DNA from: Smithellaceae bacterium
GTDB lineage: Bacteria; Desulfobacterota; Syntrophia; Syntrophales; Smithellaceae
Assembly: GCA_963667845.2 (NCBI GenBank)
Contig: CAXXVL010000001.1
Location: forward strand, 832,001 to 896,000
Direction of reading: 5' to 3'
Length of the DNA stretch: 64,000 nt
Of this stretch, positions 38,197-47,963 are shown piece after piece. Position numbers and translations under genes: made by a program. The notes under the pieces are model-generated. The model saw only the letters and a program-made list of their open reading frames with translations, was not told where the DNA came from and did not search any database. How positions within the stretch are numbered: position 1 is the first letter of the stretch; every line of letters begins with the position of its first letter.

Positions 38197-40127
38197 GGGT
38201 AAGCACTCGCATCAGTAGGCCCTTGCTGATCACTGCGGCCTGCATCGGTTTGTTGGGCTGTTCGATGATTCGTCCGGCGCTGACGACGGATGCGCAGGAC
38301 CGCATCTGCAATCGCTGCGGAGACCTTAAGGCGGTAGAAGCCGCCGAGGCCATCCATCCCGTGAATCAAGGAATCATCGAGGGCTGTAACTGGGAGTTTG
38401 ATCAGGAGGGGCGCGCCGTTCTTGCGCTCAATGTCCTCGTGACCGCCTCCGGCGCTTATGAAATCGCTCTGGATTTTCACGAGCCCTTCGAGGATCTTCG
38501 CCTGCATTCTTCTCTCGGGCAGGTAGCCGCGGACCGGAAAGAGACCTTCCGGATCGGCCCGCTGCCGCATGAATTCCCCAAGCCCAGCTTTGCCGAAGTC
38601 TCCGTGCTTCTTCTGCGGAAAGACGCGGACGGCAGGGATCTGCTCATCGATGAAGTGGACACCTATTTCCTTGTGGACCCCGATCGGGTCAACGATGCCG
38701 CTCTGAAAGGACTTGATACACATGGCCTTACCGCCCAGGCGCTGCTGAATCAATATGCTCCCATCCTGAAAACAGATGTTGTCACCAATCCGAATACGGG
38801 CATCGTCTATGTCGATCTGCCTCCGAAGAATATCGCGGCCATTCTTTCGGGTTCGCCCCAAAAGGACGGCAATGACCGGTCGATGGTCAAATGCGATCTG
38901 TGGAAAGATCACGTGCTGGCCCAGCCGCCAACGTCCGCAAACCGGCGGGAATTTAACGGCCGCAAGGATGACTACTTTATCGATCTCCCGCAGCCCTTCG
39001 AAAGCATTGCTCATCCCTGGCGTCAAATCGTTAGCCGTTACCCCAACGCCATTTATGGACGGCTCGTCCGAACGGAGCTCACCTGGGAAGGTGTCGCGTA
39101 CCGAGACGCCATCATCCTGCAGTACTGGATGCCGTATTATGTCAACCACCTGTCCATCCTGAAGACCGATCTCCAGGGCAAGAGCTGGATCTGGAATGCG
39201 GGCAATTATCATGAAGGAGAAGCGGAAAACATCGCCATCGTCCTGATTCCGGGCCCGGAGGGGCTCAAGCCGCTGTGCGCAGCGTATGCCAAGCATTTCA
39301 AGGGGACGGCCGAACCCTGGTCCAATGTGAGCAAACACGCTCCGGACGGGGTTCCTACAACACATCCCGTCGTTTATGTGGCCAACGGCTCCCACGCCTC
39401 TTTTTTTTCTCCCGACCCGGGTGAAACGTCGTGCGGAAGCGGTGTCGACGCTGTCATGCATGAGGGCGGAGGGTTCTGGTACGATGAAGGAGATTTAGGC
39501 CCAGTCAAGATGATGCCGCGTGTCAACGAGATCAAATTCGGGGACGAGTATGATTTCCTGCTTTTTACGGGTCGTTTCGGCGGGTCATATATTGAGGGAG
39601 CGGTGAATCAGTTTAACCGCAGTCCCTACATGTTTCCCTATACGCTCTATCCGAAGTTTTCCATCACCGGCAGCTGGATTGCGGGTTCCGGTGTTAACCG
39701 GTGGATAGACCCCGCCTCGGAAATCAAGTATCAGGCGCAGATTCCTTCAAAGCTGGGATATGACAACCACAAGGCGCGTCTGCAGTTTGACACCACCCGT
39801 GTCCGCATAAGAAAAGAAGCGGGGCGCATCCGCATCGAGGAACTGGGTTTGACCGTCGACCCCGGAGGTTCATCGCCCGCAGAAAGCGTGGCCGTTTTTT
39901 TCCGGGATCGGAAAGGAAATCTCCGGAAGTTGGCGGCCTTTAAAGCCGGCGTTAAGCCGCCTTCGCCGATATATATCCCCATGGATGCCGTTCACAAAAA
40001 TACGATCGAACTGGTTGCCTGCGATATCGTAATCCCGCCGTTACCCAAACCCCCTCTCGCGCGGGAGCGCCACCAGGGGATGTTCGAATATTTCCTCATG
40101 ACGACGGCGTACCTGGATATCCGGTAG
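38193..40127 (+). CDS. Putative lipoprotein with Vps62/NPP1-like domain
   Basis: Lipobox LLGC; YAPIL, LQYW.PY..N, HEGEAE, H, HPVVYVANGSHASF, FTGRFG; GTGA overlap with the upstream gene. Confidence 0.55.
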   Translation: MRVSTRISRPLLITAACIGLLGCSMIRPALTTDAQDRICNRCGDLKAVEAAEAIHPVNQGIIEGCNWEFDQEGRAVLALNVLVTASGAYEIALDFHEPFEDLRLHSSLGQVAADRKETFRIGPLPHEFPKPSFAEVSVLLLRKDADGRDLLIDEVDTYFLVDPDRVNDAALKGLDTHGLTAQALLNQYAPILKTDVVTNPNTGIVYVDLPPKNIAAILSGSPQKDGNDRSMVKCDLWKDHVLAQPPTSANRREFNGRKDDYFIDLPQPFESIAHPWRQIVSRYPNAIYGRLVRTELTWEGVAYRDAIILQYWMPYYVNHLSILKTDLQGKSWIWNAGNYHEGEAENIAIVLIPGPEGLKPLCAAYAKHFKGTAEPWSNVSKHAPDGVPTTHPVVYVANGSHASFFSPDPGETSCGSGVDAVMHEGGGFWYDEGDLGPVKMMPRVNEIKFGDEYDFLLFTGRFGGSYIEGAVNQFNRSPYMFPYTLYPKFSITGSWIAGSGVNRWIDPASEIKYQAQIPSKLGYDNHKARLQFDTTRVRIRKEAGRIRIEELGLTVDPGGSSPAESVAVFFRDRKGNLRKLAAFKAGVKPPSPIYIPMDAVHKNTIELVACDIVIPPLPKPPLARERHQGMFEYFLMTTAYLDIR

Positions 40128-40291
40128 AAAAAGAGAATGCCCCGGCATGCTTTCCGGGAAAACGGGTTTTAGGTTTTGGAACGCCGGGACGCCACCGGGT
40201 GCGGCATCGATTACGTCCGGGTGATTTGCCGGCGGTCAGGATACCGGCATTGAATCAGCCCAGGGAGACATCCGGTTCCGAAGCGGGGGGA

Positions 40292-41617
40292 TTATTTCCG
40301 TATTTTCCTCATATGATCAATTCTTTTTTGAATGAGCGCGCCGGTGCCGATATCTTCGCGATAGGCCACGGGGCCTTGCACGGCCTTGACGCCGTCCTGG
40401 GCGATCCTGCGTGCCTCGTCGAGCGTATCGGCGATGCCGACGATGCCGATGGCTCGCGATGAACTGAGATACAAGCCGTCGTCTCTCTTATCGACGGAGG
40501 AGTAGTAGAGTCTTGCTTTCCCTACGTCGCCCACCTCAATCTTCGCTTTGGACGATGCCGCATCGGGATGATCGGCGGGCAGGCCATAACCTTTGGGAAC
40601 GACGTATTTACAGACCGTTGCTTTCTGTTCAAATTCAATTTTCAGCTTCTCGAGTGTCCCGTCGATGACGTGCCGGCAGACATCCACGAAATCTGTTTTC
40701 AGAAGCGGCAGGATGTTCATGGCCTCGGGGTCGCCGAAGCGGGCGTTGTATTCCAGGAGCTTCGCCCCGTCCTTTGTGGCGATGAAGCCGCCGTACATGA
40801 CGCCTTTGTAAGGACTGCCGGTTTCTTTTAAAAGCGCCGCCGCAACCTGGCGGGTAATGTCGAGACTCTCTTCGATATCCGACGGTTTCAGAAAAGGCAG
40901 GGAATGATCGGGAAGAGAATAGGAACCCATGCCGCCGGTGTTGGGGCCGCGATCGCCGTCGAAGCGGCGTTTATGATCCTGCACGAGCGGCGTCCCGACG
41001 ACGGTCTTTCCGTCGCAGAGGCACTGCAGCGAAAATTCTTCGCCGTCGAATTTCTCTTCAACGATGACAGAGGAGCTGTCCTTCAATATCTGAACGCACA
41101 ATTTCAGCGCTTCTTCCTTGGTTGCAAAATGATCGCCCTGCACCAGCACGCCTTTACCGCCGGTGAGTCCGTCGGGTTTAAGGACAAGACCATCGAGAGA
41201 ACGAAGAAACGCTTCCAGACCGTCGGTGGAGGTGAAGACTTTGAACTGCGGATTACCGGGAATGTTGTATTTGCTGACCAGGTTGCGGGTAAACGATTTG
41301 GAGGTTTCCAGCCGCGCCAGGCTCTTGTTCGGGCCGACCGCCGGTACGCCCATCTGTGCCAGCGCATCTACAACGCCGTTTTGAAGCGGGTCTTCCGGGC
41401 CGATGACGGCGAAATCAATTTGATGATCTTTGGCAAAAGTCGTGATGGCCGTAAGGTCCGCATAGCTGCCGAGTTGTGTTTTCGCCGAAAGGGATACGAT
41501 TCCCGGATTATTGGCTTTCATGAACGAAAACAAGCGGGGATTTTGTCTAGAGCGCATAATGGCTTCGGCCATGGCGTGCTCTCGGGCTCCGTTTCCGATA
41601 AGCAGAATGTTGGGCAT
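40292..41617 (-). CDS. purD: Phosphoribosylamine--glycine ligase
   Basis: G.GAREHA, NPG, GPEDPL, LETSK.F, KPDGL.GGKGV, QDHKR..DGD.GPNTGGMGSYS, EYNARFGDPE. Confidence 0.95.
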   Translation of the reverse strand: MPNILLIGNGAREHAMAEAIMRSRQNPRLFSFMKANNPGIVSLSAKTQLGSYADLTAITTFAKDHQIDFAVIGPEDPLQNGVVDALAQMGVPAVGPNKSLARLETSKSFTRNLVSKYNIPGNPQFKVFTSTDGLEAFLRSLDGLVLKPDGLTGGKGVLVQGDHFATKEEALKLCVQILKDSSSVIVEEKFDGEEFSLQCLCDGKTVVGTPLVQDHKRRFDGDRGPNTGGMGSYSLPDHSLPFLKPSDIEESLDITRQVAAALLKETGSPYKGVMYGGFIATKDGAKLLEYNARFGDPEAMNILPLLKTDFVDVCRHVIDGTLEKLKIEFEQKATVCKYVVPKGYGLPADHPDAASSKAKIEVGDVGKARLYYSSVDKRDDGLYLSSSRAIGIVGIADTLDEARRIAQDGVKAVQGPVAYREDIGTGALIQKRIDHMRKIRK

Positions 41618-41657
41618 GAATGAGTTCTCCTCTACACAATATGATTCAGCATGAGCG

Positions 41658-42374
41658 CTATTTAAAAACTTCCCGAAGCAGGCTTGTCACCCGTGCTTTC
41701 GGATTTGTCCGGATGTTTGTTTCTTCCCTGGCCAGGGTGAAGAAGAGCCCGTCCAGAGCTTTGGACGAAACGTATTGATTCACGTCGAGATTGATGACTT
41801 TTCCGACCAGGGGCAGACTCTGGACCTTGCCGGCGATCGCGTCGTATTGTTCGGTCACCTTATACTGGCGCATGGTCTTGCGGACCGCCGGCTCGAAGAG
41901 CGTCAGCAGCTTGTCGTAGGTTTTCTCTTTGAGATAGTCCGTTGCAGCGGTGTTACCGCCCCTCAGAATCCTGTTGGCGTCGTCGAAGGACATATCCGTG
42001 ATCGCATTGGCAAAGATATCCGCGGCGAGCGGTGCGGCTTTCTCCGCCGCCCTGTTCATGCTGAGAGTAAATTCATCCAGCTCGGGCCCGAAGCCGATGC
42101 CGCGCAAAACGCGTTCGGTCTGCCGGACTTCGTCGGGCAGAAGAATTTTGACGGCCTGGTTGGTGAAATAGCCGTTGTTCTTTCCCAGAGCCGTGACGGC
42201 GTTCTTAATCCCTACATGCAGCGCCTCCTTCAATCCCAGGCCGATTTTACCTTCGCCCGTTTCGGAGGTGCCGGCGCTGTCGAGCGTATCTTTGAGCACA
42301 TCGAGGAGCGAGGCGTGGCTGGATTGACAAAACAAAAGTGCAAAAAAGACGGCGACGATGATCTTTCTTTTCAT
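41658..42374 (-). CDS. DUF4197 family secreted protein
   Basis: GLKEAL..G, VKILLP, MNRAAEKA, AATDYL, KALDGLF..LA.EE..IR.NP.AR. Confidence 0.9.
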   Translation of the reverse strand: MKRKIIVAVFFALLFCQSSHASLLDVLKDTLDSAGTSETGEGKIGLGLKEALHVGIKNAVTALGKNNGYFTNQAVKILLPDEVRQTERVLRGIGFGPELDEFTLSMNRAAEKAAPLAADIFANAITDMSFDDANRILRGGNTAATDYLKEKTYDKLLTLFEPAVRKTMRQYKVTEQYDAIAGKVQSLPLVGKVINLDVNQYVSSKALDGLFFTLAREETNIRTNPKARVTSLLREVFK

Positions 42375-42613
42375 AATCTTTTTCTCCGGACACTCTGCAA
42401 TTAACGAAAACTTAATAAAGCCGGGTTGCCAGCCCGTCTTGGCTGATTTATATTTAGTGAGGGAGTATAAGAAGGATGCTTTTTGATGTCAATCGAATAA
42501 TGAAAGCCCGCGATACGCCCGGGGCAAGACGGACGCGGATTGCGCGGTATCTTTTTGGGGATGAATCTGTTAAATGATGAAAAATCTCTATCCGATCAGC
42601 GAGGTAAACGTTA

Positions 42614-43885
42614 TTGGCTTCCGGTTCTGATATAATTATCCTGCTCGTCCTTTTTTTGCTTTCCGGTTTTTTTTCATCGGCGGAGGCGGCGCTTCTGTCG
42701 CTTTCGGATTTACATCTGTATAAAATGAAAGCGGACAATTATCCTTTTCTGAATCCCGTGGTCAAACTGCTCGAGAATCCCAGACGGCTGCTGATCACGG
42801 TGGTGACGAGCAATGAAGCCGTCAATATCAGTATCTCTATTCTTGCCGCATCCCTGTTTATCAGTCTTTTCGGCACCCACGGGCAGTGGATATCCATCGT
42901 CGTGACGTCCGCTGTGCTTTTCCTGGCCGGTGAAGCCATTCCCAAAACGTTCGGTGTAACCTATCCCATGCAGATTTCAGCGGCCGTGTCGCCGCTTCTG
43001 CTTGCCGTTTCCCGCCTGGAATTCCCGATCGTTGCCGCTCTGGAGAAAGTGCCGGGCCTGATTTTAAGAAAGCTGGACCGGCGCAAAACCCGGGATGCTG
43101 ATGTTCTCATGGAAGATGAATTCAAGCATCTTGTTGATGCCGGGAGCCTTGAAGGCGTGGTGGACGAATCTCAAAAGGAGCTGATCAAAACCATCTTTGA
43201 ATCGGGAGACAGGCCGGTAACGGACATCATGATTCCCCGCGTCGATATGTTCTGCCTGGACGTCGATGGGAAGCCGGCGGACATTATCCGGGAGATTGCC
43301 CGCGGCCGGTATGAACGCGTACCGGTATACCGGGACGATCGTGACAACATCATCGGTATCCTTTTTGCACGTGATCTGATGAGCGACACGCTCAGCATCG
43401 GGAAATCAACATCGCTTGCGAAGCTGCTGGCCAGGCCCTACTTTGTCCCGGAGGGAAAAACCATTAATGGTCTGCTTCGCGATTTTCAGGAAAAATCAAT
43501 TCAGATCGCCATCGTGGTAGACGAGTATGGCGGTGTGTCCGGTCTGGTGACGCTCGAAGATATACTGGCCCATTTGTTTGAAGAGGCCTATCACGACGAT
43601 GAGCTGGCGGGTGGTGACTGTGAATTTCTGGATGAGCAGACGATGATCGTCCCCGGCCGGATGCTCATGGAGCAAATCAACGATCTGCTGCACGCCTCTC
43701 TGCCTCAGGATGAGTTCGATACGATTGGCGGCTTCGTTCTGCATTTGTTCGGGAAAGTGCCTGAGCGCGGCGAGACCATTGAATTTGAGAACTTTCGGTT
43801 CCGCATCGAAAGCGTCGGCAAGACCCGAATTATCAAGATCCGGATTGAGAAAGAAAAACAGACACAGACGGTGACCCACTCATGA
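42614..43885 (+). CDS. CNNM (DUF21)-CBS-CorC protein
   Basis: LSGFFSSAE.A, GEAIPK, MIPR, RVPVY, IVVDEYGG.SGLVTLEDI, TIGGF; TTG start. Confidence 0.9.
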   Translation: MASGSDIIILLVLFLLSGFFSSAEAALLSLSDLHLYKMKADNYPFLNPVVKLLENPRRLLITVVTSNEAVNISISILAASLFISLFGTHGQWISIVVTSAVLFLAGEAIPKTFGVTYPMQISAAVSPLLLAVSRLEFPIVAALEKVPGLILRKLDRRKTRDADVLMEDEFKHLVDAGSLEGVVDESQKELIKTIFESGDRPVTDIMIPRVDMFCLDVDGKPADIIREIARGRYERVPVYRDDRDNIIGILFARDLMSDTLSIGKSTSLAKLLARPYFVPEGKTINGLLRDFQEKSIQIAIVVDEYGGVSGLVTLEDILAHLFEEAYHDDELAGGDCEFLDEQTMIVPGRMLMEQINDLLHASLPQDEFDTIGGFVLHLFGKVPERGETIEFENFRFRIESVGKTRIIKIRIEKEKQTQTVTHS

Positions 43886-45186
43886 GTGTTTATTTGATTG
43901 TTGCGATCATATTCGTCTGTCTGTTTCTGGAGGCCCTATATTCCGGAGGAGAAGTCGCTTTATTTTCTTCCGATATCAGCAAAATAAAGTATTATGCGCG
44001 CCAGGGGTCGTCGTCGGCCATTCAGGCTGCCCGGTTAAAAGAGCATCCGGAGTGGTTTATTTCAACGGCTCTGATCGGTACGAATCTGTCGATCATCGTT
44101 GCGTCCACGCTGGTCACGGGTCTTTTGATTGACTGTTTCGGAGCAAAGCAGGGCGAACGGATCGCATTCCTGATCATGTTGCCGACATTGTTTGTGATCA
44201 TCATTGTCCGCAGCATCTTCCAGCACTATCCGGAGTACCTGGCCATCAAAGTTGCCCATTTCATCCATCTGTCTTTCATCGTTTTTTATCCATTGACCTG
44301 GTTTATCGCGGCGGTTTCCAGAGGAGCCGTCAACATTTCATTTGATCAGAAGGTGAAACGCCCCTCTTATATTACGAAGGAGGGCCTGAAATATATTTTA
44401 GGCGAAAAGACGGAAGGCAGCGACATTCTGGCGACCGAAAAGCAGATGGTCAGCCGCGTTTTTGATTTTTCCGAACTCACGGCGGAAAAGATCATGGTTC
44501 CTATTTCCGCGTTGACTGCCGTACCGCAGACGATGTCTATTGATGAAGCGGTCCGGGTTGCCGCGGCAAAAAAATATATGCGTATTCCCGTCTATTCGGA
44601 TACGGTTTACAATATCGTCGGCATACTGCATTATTTCGATCTCCTGGATGTGCTGCTGAAACAACAGGCGGTTCCTGCGGAAGCGTCCGGTGTGTCCAGC
44701 GTTCGCGATTGCATGCGTACGGATGTATTTTTTGTTCCGGAAACGAAGAAGGCCGGCTCGCTTTTGATGGATATGCAGCAAAAACGCGAGCACATGGCCG
44801 TTGTGGTCGATGAGTACGGCGGTGCGGTCGGCATTGTGACCATGGAGGACATCGGAGAGGAGATTGTCGGAAGTATCGATAAGGAATACAACGCAGGCGA
44901 AAAGCTCTACAAAAAAATAGCTCCCGGACGGTATTTGATCAATGGCCGGATGAAAATCGACGATCTGAATCAAATCTTGTTGACAAGAGTGCCCGAGGGC
45001 AATTATGAAACCCTCGGCGGGTTTCTGATTGAGCAGGCGGGCAGAATTCCGCTGGGCCGCGAAAAAATAGAATTTCAGGGCATGATCTTCATTATCGAAA
45101 ATGCCGATCAGAAATCCATCAGGGAAGTCCTGGTCATTTTACCGTCCGAGACCGAAGGGCCGTGGACGTCAACCAAAGTGAGGTAA
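43882..45186 (+). CDS. CNNM (DUF21)-CBS-CorC protein, second paralog
   Basis: [49 protein letters not shown] overlap. Confidence 0.9.
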   Translation: MSVYLIVAIIFVCLFLEALYSGGEVALFSSDISKIKYYARQGSSSAIQAARLKEHPEWFISTALIGTNLSIIVASTLVTGLLIDCFGAKQGERIAFLIMLPTLFVIIIVRSIFQHYPEYLAIKVAHFIHLSFIVFYPLTWFIAAVSRGAVNISFDQKVKRPSYITKEGLKYILGEKTEGSDILATEKQMVSRVFDFSELTAEKIMVPISALTAVPQTMSIDEAVRVAAAKKYMRIPVYSDTVYNIVGILHYFDLLDVLLKQQAVPAEASGVSSVRDCMRTDVFFVPETKKAGSLLMDMQQKREHMAVVVDEYGGAVGIVTMEDIGEEIVGSIDKEYNAGEKLYKKIAPGRYLINGRMKIDDLNQILLTRVPEGNYETLGGFLIEQAGRIPLGREKIEFQGMIFIIENADQKSIREVLVILPSETEGPWTSTKVR

Positions 45187-45191
45187 AGATA

Positions 45192-45951
45192 TTGATCAAC
45201 AGAGATGAATTTTGTGCGCTCATTTTGGCGGCGGGGAAGGGCACCCGCATGAAATCGGATATGGCCAAAGTGCTTCACGTTCTGGAAGGCAGGCCTTTAT
45301 TGTATTATTCCATTGAGGCGGCAAGACTCGCGGGGTGCGCAAAAAGTTATTGTGATCGTCGGCCATCAGTCGGAGTGTGTCAGGGAGGCTTTCCCCGACC
45401 CCGACCTGGTTTTTGTGGAGCAAAAGCCGCAACTGGGGACCGGGCATGCCGTTATGCAAGCCGCACCCGTCCTCAAAGACTACCGGGGGCTGACGGTTAT
45501 TCTCTGCGGTGACGTGCCGCTTCTCACGGCGGAAACGATCCGGTCGCTGATTAAGAATCATCAAAGCGCCGGGGCCGCCGTAACCGTGCTGACGACTGAA
45601 CCTCCCGGACCGCACGCATACGGCCGCATTGTGAAAAATGAACAAGGCGACATTCTGAAGATCGTCGAACATCGGGACGCAACGGAGGCCCAGAGGGAAA
45701 TTCTCGAAATCAATACGGGCATCTATTGCGTCGATACGGCATTTTTATTTGCGGCTCTGGCGCAGATCAAGAACGATAACCGGCAGAAAGAGTATTATCT
45801 GACGGACATTGTGGAAATTGCCCGCCTGGAAGGCGCCAAGGCCCATGCCTTTCTGACGACCGATTATGTTGAAGTGATGGGCATCAATACGCTCGAAGAA
45901 CTGGCAAAAGCGGGAGAATATCTTCGAAAATCAACATCAGGGCGGGCTTGA
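45192..45951 (+). pseudogene. glmU: GlmU-like uridyltransferase domain only, with a +1 frameshift (pseudogene or sequence error)
   Basis: [16 protein letters not shown] in one frame; [28 protein letters not shown] in the +1 frame; removing one G from GGGG 45332-45335 fuses them. Confidence 0.8.
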
Positions 45952-45954
45952 TTT

Positions 45955-46944
45955 GTGTCCGATGTCATCCGTCTCCTTCAAGGTAAAGTGCTTTTGGCGC
46001 CACTCGCCGGCATTTCGAATTTGCCGTTTCGGTTGACGGCCCGGCTGTTCGGCTGCGATTTGTGCTACTCCGAAATGATCAGCGCCAACGGCCTGATCCG
46101 TGAATCAATCAAAACAATTGAATATCTAAAGACAACGCCTGCGGATCGGCCCCTGGGTATCCAGCTCTTCGGCGCTGATCCGGCCGTGATGAGCGAGGCG
46201 GCGAAAGTTGTTGCCCAGCATCATCCGGATTTAATCGATATCAATATGGGCTGTCCGGTCCGAAAAGTCGTCAAAACCGGTTCCGGAGCCATGCTGCTTC
46301 GCGATCCTGTTCTGGCCGGCCGTATTATAACGGCTGTTGTCAGGACTGCCCGCATCCCGGTGACGGTCAAGATCCGCGCGGGATGGAGCGCCAGTTCCGT
46401 CAATGCCTGTGAAATGGCCAGAATTGCGGAGGATTCAGGCGCTGCCGGCATTATTGTTCACGGCCGGACGGCTGATCAGGGTTTTGCCGGCCATGCGGAC
46501 TGGGACATCATCGCTCGGGTAAAAAAGGCCGTTCAAATTCCGGTCGTCGGTAATGGCGACATCTGGCGGCCCGAGGATGCGCTCAGCATGCTCAGGGAGA
46601 CGGGCTGCGATGCCGTCATGGTGGGCCGGGGCGCACTGGGAAATCCCTGGCTGTTCCGCGGCATTAGGAACCTGTCTTCGGGCATTTCCGGAAACGTTAG
46701 CCCTTCTCTTGCCGAACGGCACGAGGTCATAAAAAATCATTGGGCGATGGAGACCGAAATTTATGGTTCGCGAATTGCAACCAGGACATTCCGTAAACAT
46801 TTGCTGTGGTATACGAAGGGGCTTTCCGGTTCCGGACGCTTTCGGGAAACTGTGGGAAAAATGGCGGACAGTAAGGCCATGCGGGAGGAATTGGACAGGT
46901 ATTTTCAATCGCTTGCAGGTGCGCAAACCGAAATAATGACTTGA
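45955..46944 (+). CDS. dusB: tRNA-dihydrouridine synthase B
   Basis: LAPLAG, QLFG, DINMGCP, TVKIRAGW, HGRT, GNGDI, GRGALGNPW, RKH..WY. Confidence 0.92.
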   Translation: MSDVIRLLQGKVLLAPLAGISNLPFRLTARLFGCDLCYSEMISANGLIRESIKTIEYLKTTPADRPLGIQLFGADPAVMSEAAKVVAQHHPDLIDINMGCPVRKVVKTGSGAMLLRDPVLAGRIITAVVRTARIPVTVKIRAGWSASSVNACEMARIAEDSGAAGIIVHGRTADQGFAGHADWDIIARVKKAVQIPVVGNGDIWRPEDALSMLRETGCDAVMVGRGALGNPWLFRGIRNLSSGISGNVSPSLAERHEVIKNHWAMETEIYGSRIATRTFRKHLLWYTKGLSGSGRFRETVGKMADSKAMREELDRYFQSLAGAQTEIMT

Positions 46945-47029
46945 CATTTCAGTAATGAATCGGCATAAATAAAATCAAATTAGGACAGAATTGCTAACGG
47001 CATTTTTTTAAAAAAGGACTATAAAAATC

Positions 47030-47260
47030 GTGGAAATAGGTAAATTTACAGAGCTTGAAGATAAAATTAAACAAATTGTCAGTGAACAGGTATTTCTTAA
47101 AAAGCAGATTTCAATATTGGAGGAAGCATTAAAAAATAAAGAATTGGAGATAGAAGAATACAAGAGCAAACTTAAAGTATTGGATGAGGAAAGGAACAGC
47201 GTACGCGCAAGGGTGGATTCACTGCTTGATTTACTTGCAGATATACAGGTGGTCAAATAA
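47030..47260 (+). CDS. ZapB-like coiled-coil protein
   Basis: F.ELEDKI...ER..VR.RVD.LL; coiled-coil pattern; sits upstream of zapA. Confidence 0.65.
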   Translation: MEIGKFTELEDKIKQIVSEQVFLKKQISILEEALKNKELEIEEYKSKLKVLDEERNSVRARVDSLLDLLADIQVVK

Positions 47261-47278
47261 GCTTCCAGGGCGTGGGTA

Positions 47279-47557
47279 TTGAAAAAGCGTTACGACATTA
47301 CGATTTTAGGACAAGAACTTGCGGTTTTGAGTGATGCGGGAGATGAACAAGTGGCAAATGTTGTCCGGTGCGTCAATGAAAGAATTGAAGATATTATGCG
47401 GCGAAGCGACGGACTCCGGGCATTGGACGTGGCTATCCTGGCGGCTTTGAACATTACAGAAGATTTCTTGAAATTAAAGGGAGTTAATCAGGACCTGTTT
47501 GATCAAATGGAGCACAGGTCCGAAAAATTGATTCAACTGATTGAAAACGCAAGTTAA
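47279..47557 (+). CDS. zapA: Cell division protein ZapA
   Basis: ITILGQE, V...V.ERI, VAILAALNI.ED; lies just upstream of 6S RNA. Confidence 0.88.
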   Translation: MKKRYDITILGQELAVLSDAGDEQVANVVRCVNERIEDIMRRSDGLRALDVAILAALNITEDFLKLKGVNQDLFDQMEHRSEKLIQLIENAS

Positions 47558-47571
47558 TTATAAAAGTTTTT

Positions 47572-47760
47572 ACCCCCTGCGATGTGCGTGATTGTCATTT
47601 GTTTTTGAGCCAACACTTTGAACCTGGGGCCTACACTTGTTTGTGGTGTGCATGCCCGCCGAATTCCGCTGGTCGGTGGCGGGAAGCCTGAAACAAACAA
47701 AACCGGGCTCCCACTTATTTAGAAGGTTCAAAATCCTGATTAACACGGCATAGGCGGGGT
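47572..47760 (+). ncRNA. ssrS: 6S RNA
   Basis: ~190 nt right after zapA; ends pair (ACCCCCTGC/GCGGGGT; ATGTGCGTG/CACGGCAT); TTGAACC/GGTTCAA internal stem. Confidence 0.88.
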
Positions 47761-47963
47761 TTCTTTTTCCCATCGTCCCTCTTTTACTCATCCATACGCG
47801 GTTTTAAAAAAATTTATAGACAATGAATCCTTCGGCAAGGTGACTCGTCAATGTCTGCCGGAAGGTTTAAATATAATCCTGTTGAAGCTTAGGTCTGTTT
47901 TTCCGGGAAGAAGCAGTTTCGGAAGACGGTCATTTTCAGCGGGATAAACGAGGAGGAAATAAC

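Noticed and set aside
42614..45186. Tandem CNNM/CorC genes as a novel system
   Set aside because: Paired CNNM genes are a common arrangement; nothing unusual seen.
45338..45347. CAAAAAG as a programmed frameshift for glmU
   Set aside because: The downstream frame is +1, not -1; a single-base insertion explains it better.
46941..46970. TTGACA upstream of zapB as a promoter
   Set aside because: No convincing -10 at 16-18 bp spacing.
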